From: Vicugna vicugna
Lineage: Eukaryota
Length of the DNA: 64,000 bases
Direction of reading: 5' to 3'
Assembly: GCA_013265495.1 (NCBI GenBank)
Contig: MU058038.1
Location: forward strand, 28,514 to 92,513
Program-made: the position numbers and the translations under genes
Notes under the pieces: generated by a model
Told to the model about the DNA's origin: nothing
Database searches by the model: none
Seen by the model: the letters and a program-made list of their open reading frames with translations, nothing else
Part shown: positions 62,481 to 64,000 of the stretch, piece by piece
Position numbering within the stretch: position 1 is the stretch's first letter
Layout: every line of letters begins with the position of its first letter

Positions 62481-63267
62481 GGTTCTGTTCGCGCTTCCTT
62501 AGTGGTCATTAGAACAAAAATCATGTTAACCAATCAAAACGTTCCATTTCACACTGACCAGTAAATTATGTAAAGTGTAGTTTCATGTTTGGGGTCTTTT
62601 GTTAACTTTCACTTTTGTTAACTTGCATACGATGTAAATCTGAAGCGCCAGCTAAAGATAAGTTAACGTTCTATTTTTGCATCATTTTACTCTATACTTT
62701 GTAAGTTTGCTTTGTTTTGGTTCTTGAAAGAATACCTCAGCTTCCCCCCCCCTTTTTTTTAACGGTTTGCGCAGCCTGTCTTATGCAGTAAGATGGGATC
62801 TTACATACTCGGGACTCAGCACAATGTCCCTTGCCCCCAAACCTTATCAGTTTTAATCCCCACCAAATATTTGGGGATCGAGGATTTCGCCAGCCTAGTT
62901 TTAGTAACTGTATAATTGAGCTAAAAACCCATTTTCACACCCCCTTATCACTCTCATGACTATCATAAGTGTCATTTAATTCCTGTATTAAGACGTGCTA
63001 ACGTTTACGTTATATAGCAGCTTGCTAAGCGTTACAAACGACTGGTAGAGCACGTTATCCTCACTAAACTCTCGTCACAGAAATAGCAAGGCGAGCTCTC
63101 TAGAGTTAAGTCACAAAGAGCGGCCTTGGCCGAAAAGGACCTAGATCCCTAGAGGTCCCTCTGGCATTAGACAATGTTAATTCCACATCCTCACCACCCA
63201 AACACCTGGAGTTCCGCCAACCCCCTTCAGCTGTGCACAACAGAAACCGACTGAACTGAAAGCTAGT

Positions 63268-63311
63268 ACAGCTACTCTTTATGAAAGACGTGGGTGGCTC
63301 TGAAAAGAGCC
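63268..63311 (-). terminator. Histone 3' stem-loop and HDE of H3
   Basis: GGCTCTTTTCAGAGCC (63311-63296), then ACCCA and AAAGAGTAGCTGT. Confidence 0.93.
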
Positions 63312-63339
63312 TTTAGGTAGTCTATCTAGACATAAAGCC

Positions 63340-63736
<397 letters not shown>

Positions 63737-63769
63737 TCACCGGCTTTGCTCACCAACCCCTAGTCAGCC

Positions 63770-63885
63770 TTATTTATAGACATAGCCTCGCCTTGATTGG
63801 GCCAGAAGAGCTAGGAGTTTCCAGAATTGTATCTCATTGGTTAGAATTCAATCCTATTTATTGGCGCAGAATTCAATCCTTTTTC
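63770..63885 (-). promoter_or_regulatory. H3 promoter: TATA and three CCAAT boxes
   Basis: TATAAATAA at ~63778-63770; ATTGG at ~63796, 63836 and 63860, the last two within a duplicated unit ATTGG..AGAATTCAATCCT. Confidence 0.8.
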
Positions 63886-64000
63886 TCTCTTCCCTTATTA
63901 CTTCCCCTTCCTCGTGCTCTTCTATAATTTTATCGATCAAAGATGTTTTTCTTTTTTGGCCTTTTCCTTTAAAGCTTTAACTTTTGTAACAGCAATCTAT

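Overview
Mammalian genomic DNA, most likely camelid given the Vic-1-type tRNA-derived SINEs, with the gene order of the human 1q21 FCGR1A-HIST2 region. From left to right: (1) a CpG island ending in a broken tRNA-Glu(TTC) gene (~1-2070); (2) a minus-strand partial paralogue of PDE4DIP/myomegalin (~4050-28800) that includes the Olduvai/DUF1220 exon doublet. Some of its exons are clearly dead, but a core of seven exons splices in frame without stops; an LTR-less class I ERV pol-env fragment and L1/SINE insertions interrupt it; (3) a second, diverged copy of the CpG/tRNA-Glu module with NRF1 sites (~28850-30030); (4) an intact six-exon FCGR1A (CD64, 354 aa) with GAS and PU.1 promoter elements and a shortened cytoplasmic tail; (5) a repeat-rich interval with nested LTRs and a cluster of CTCF-like motifs; (6) an intact replication-dependent H2B gene (H2BC18-like) and an H3.2 gene frameshifted by a net 17-nt loss. 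The main observations are a putative spliced H2B isoform whose ~25.9 kb intron spans FCGR1A antisense and whose extended C-terminus is encoded opposite the FCGR1A micro-exon, a possibly still-coding compact Olduvai-domain PDE4DIP paralogue, and a potentially expressed tail-only H3. All homology calls rest on remembered human protein sequences and alignment by eye, not on database searches.
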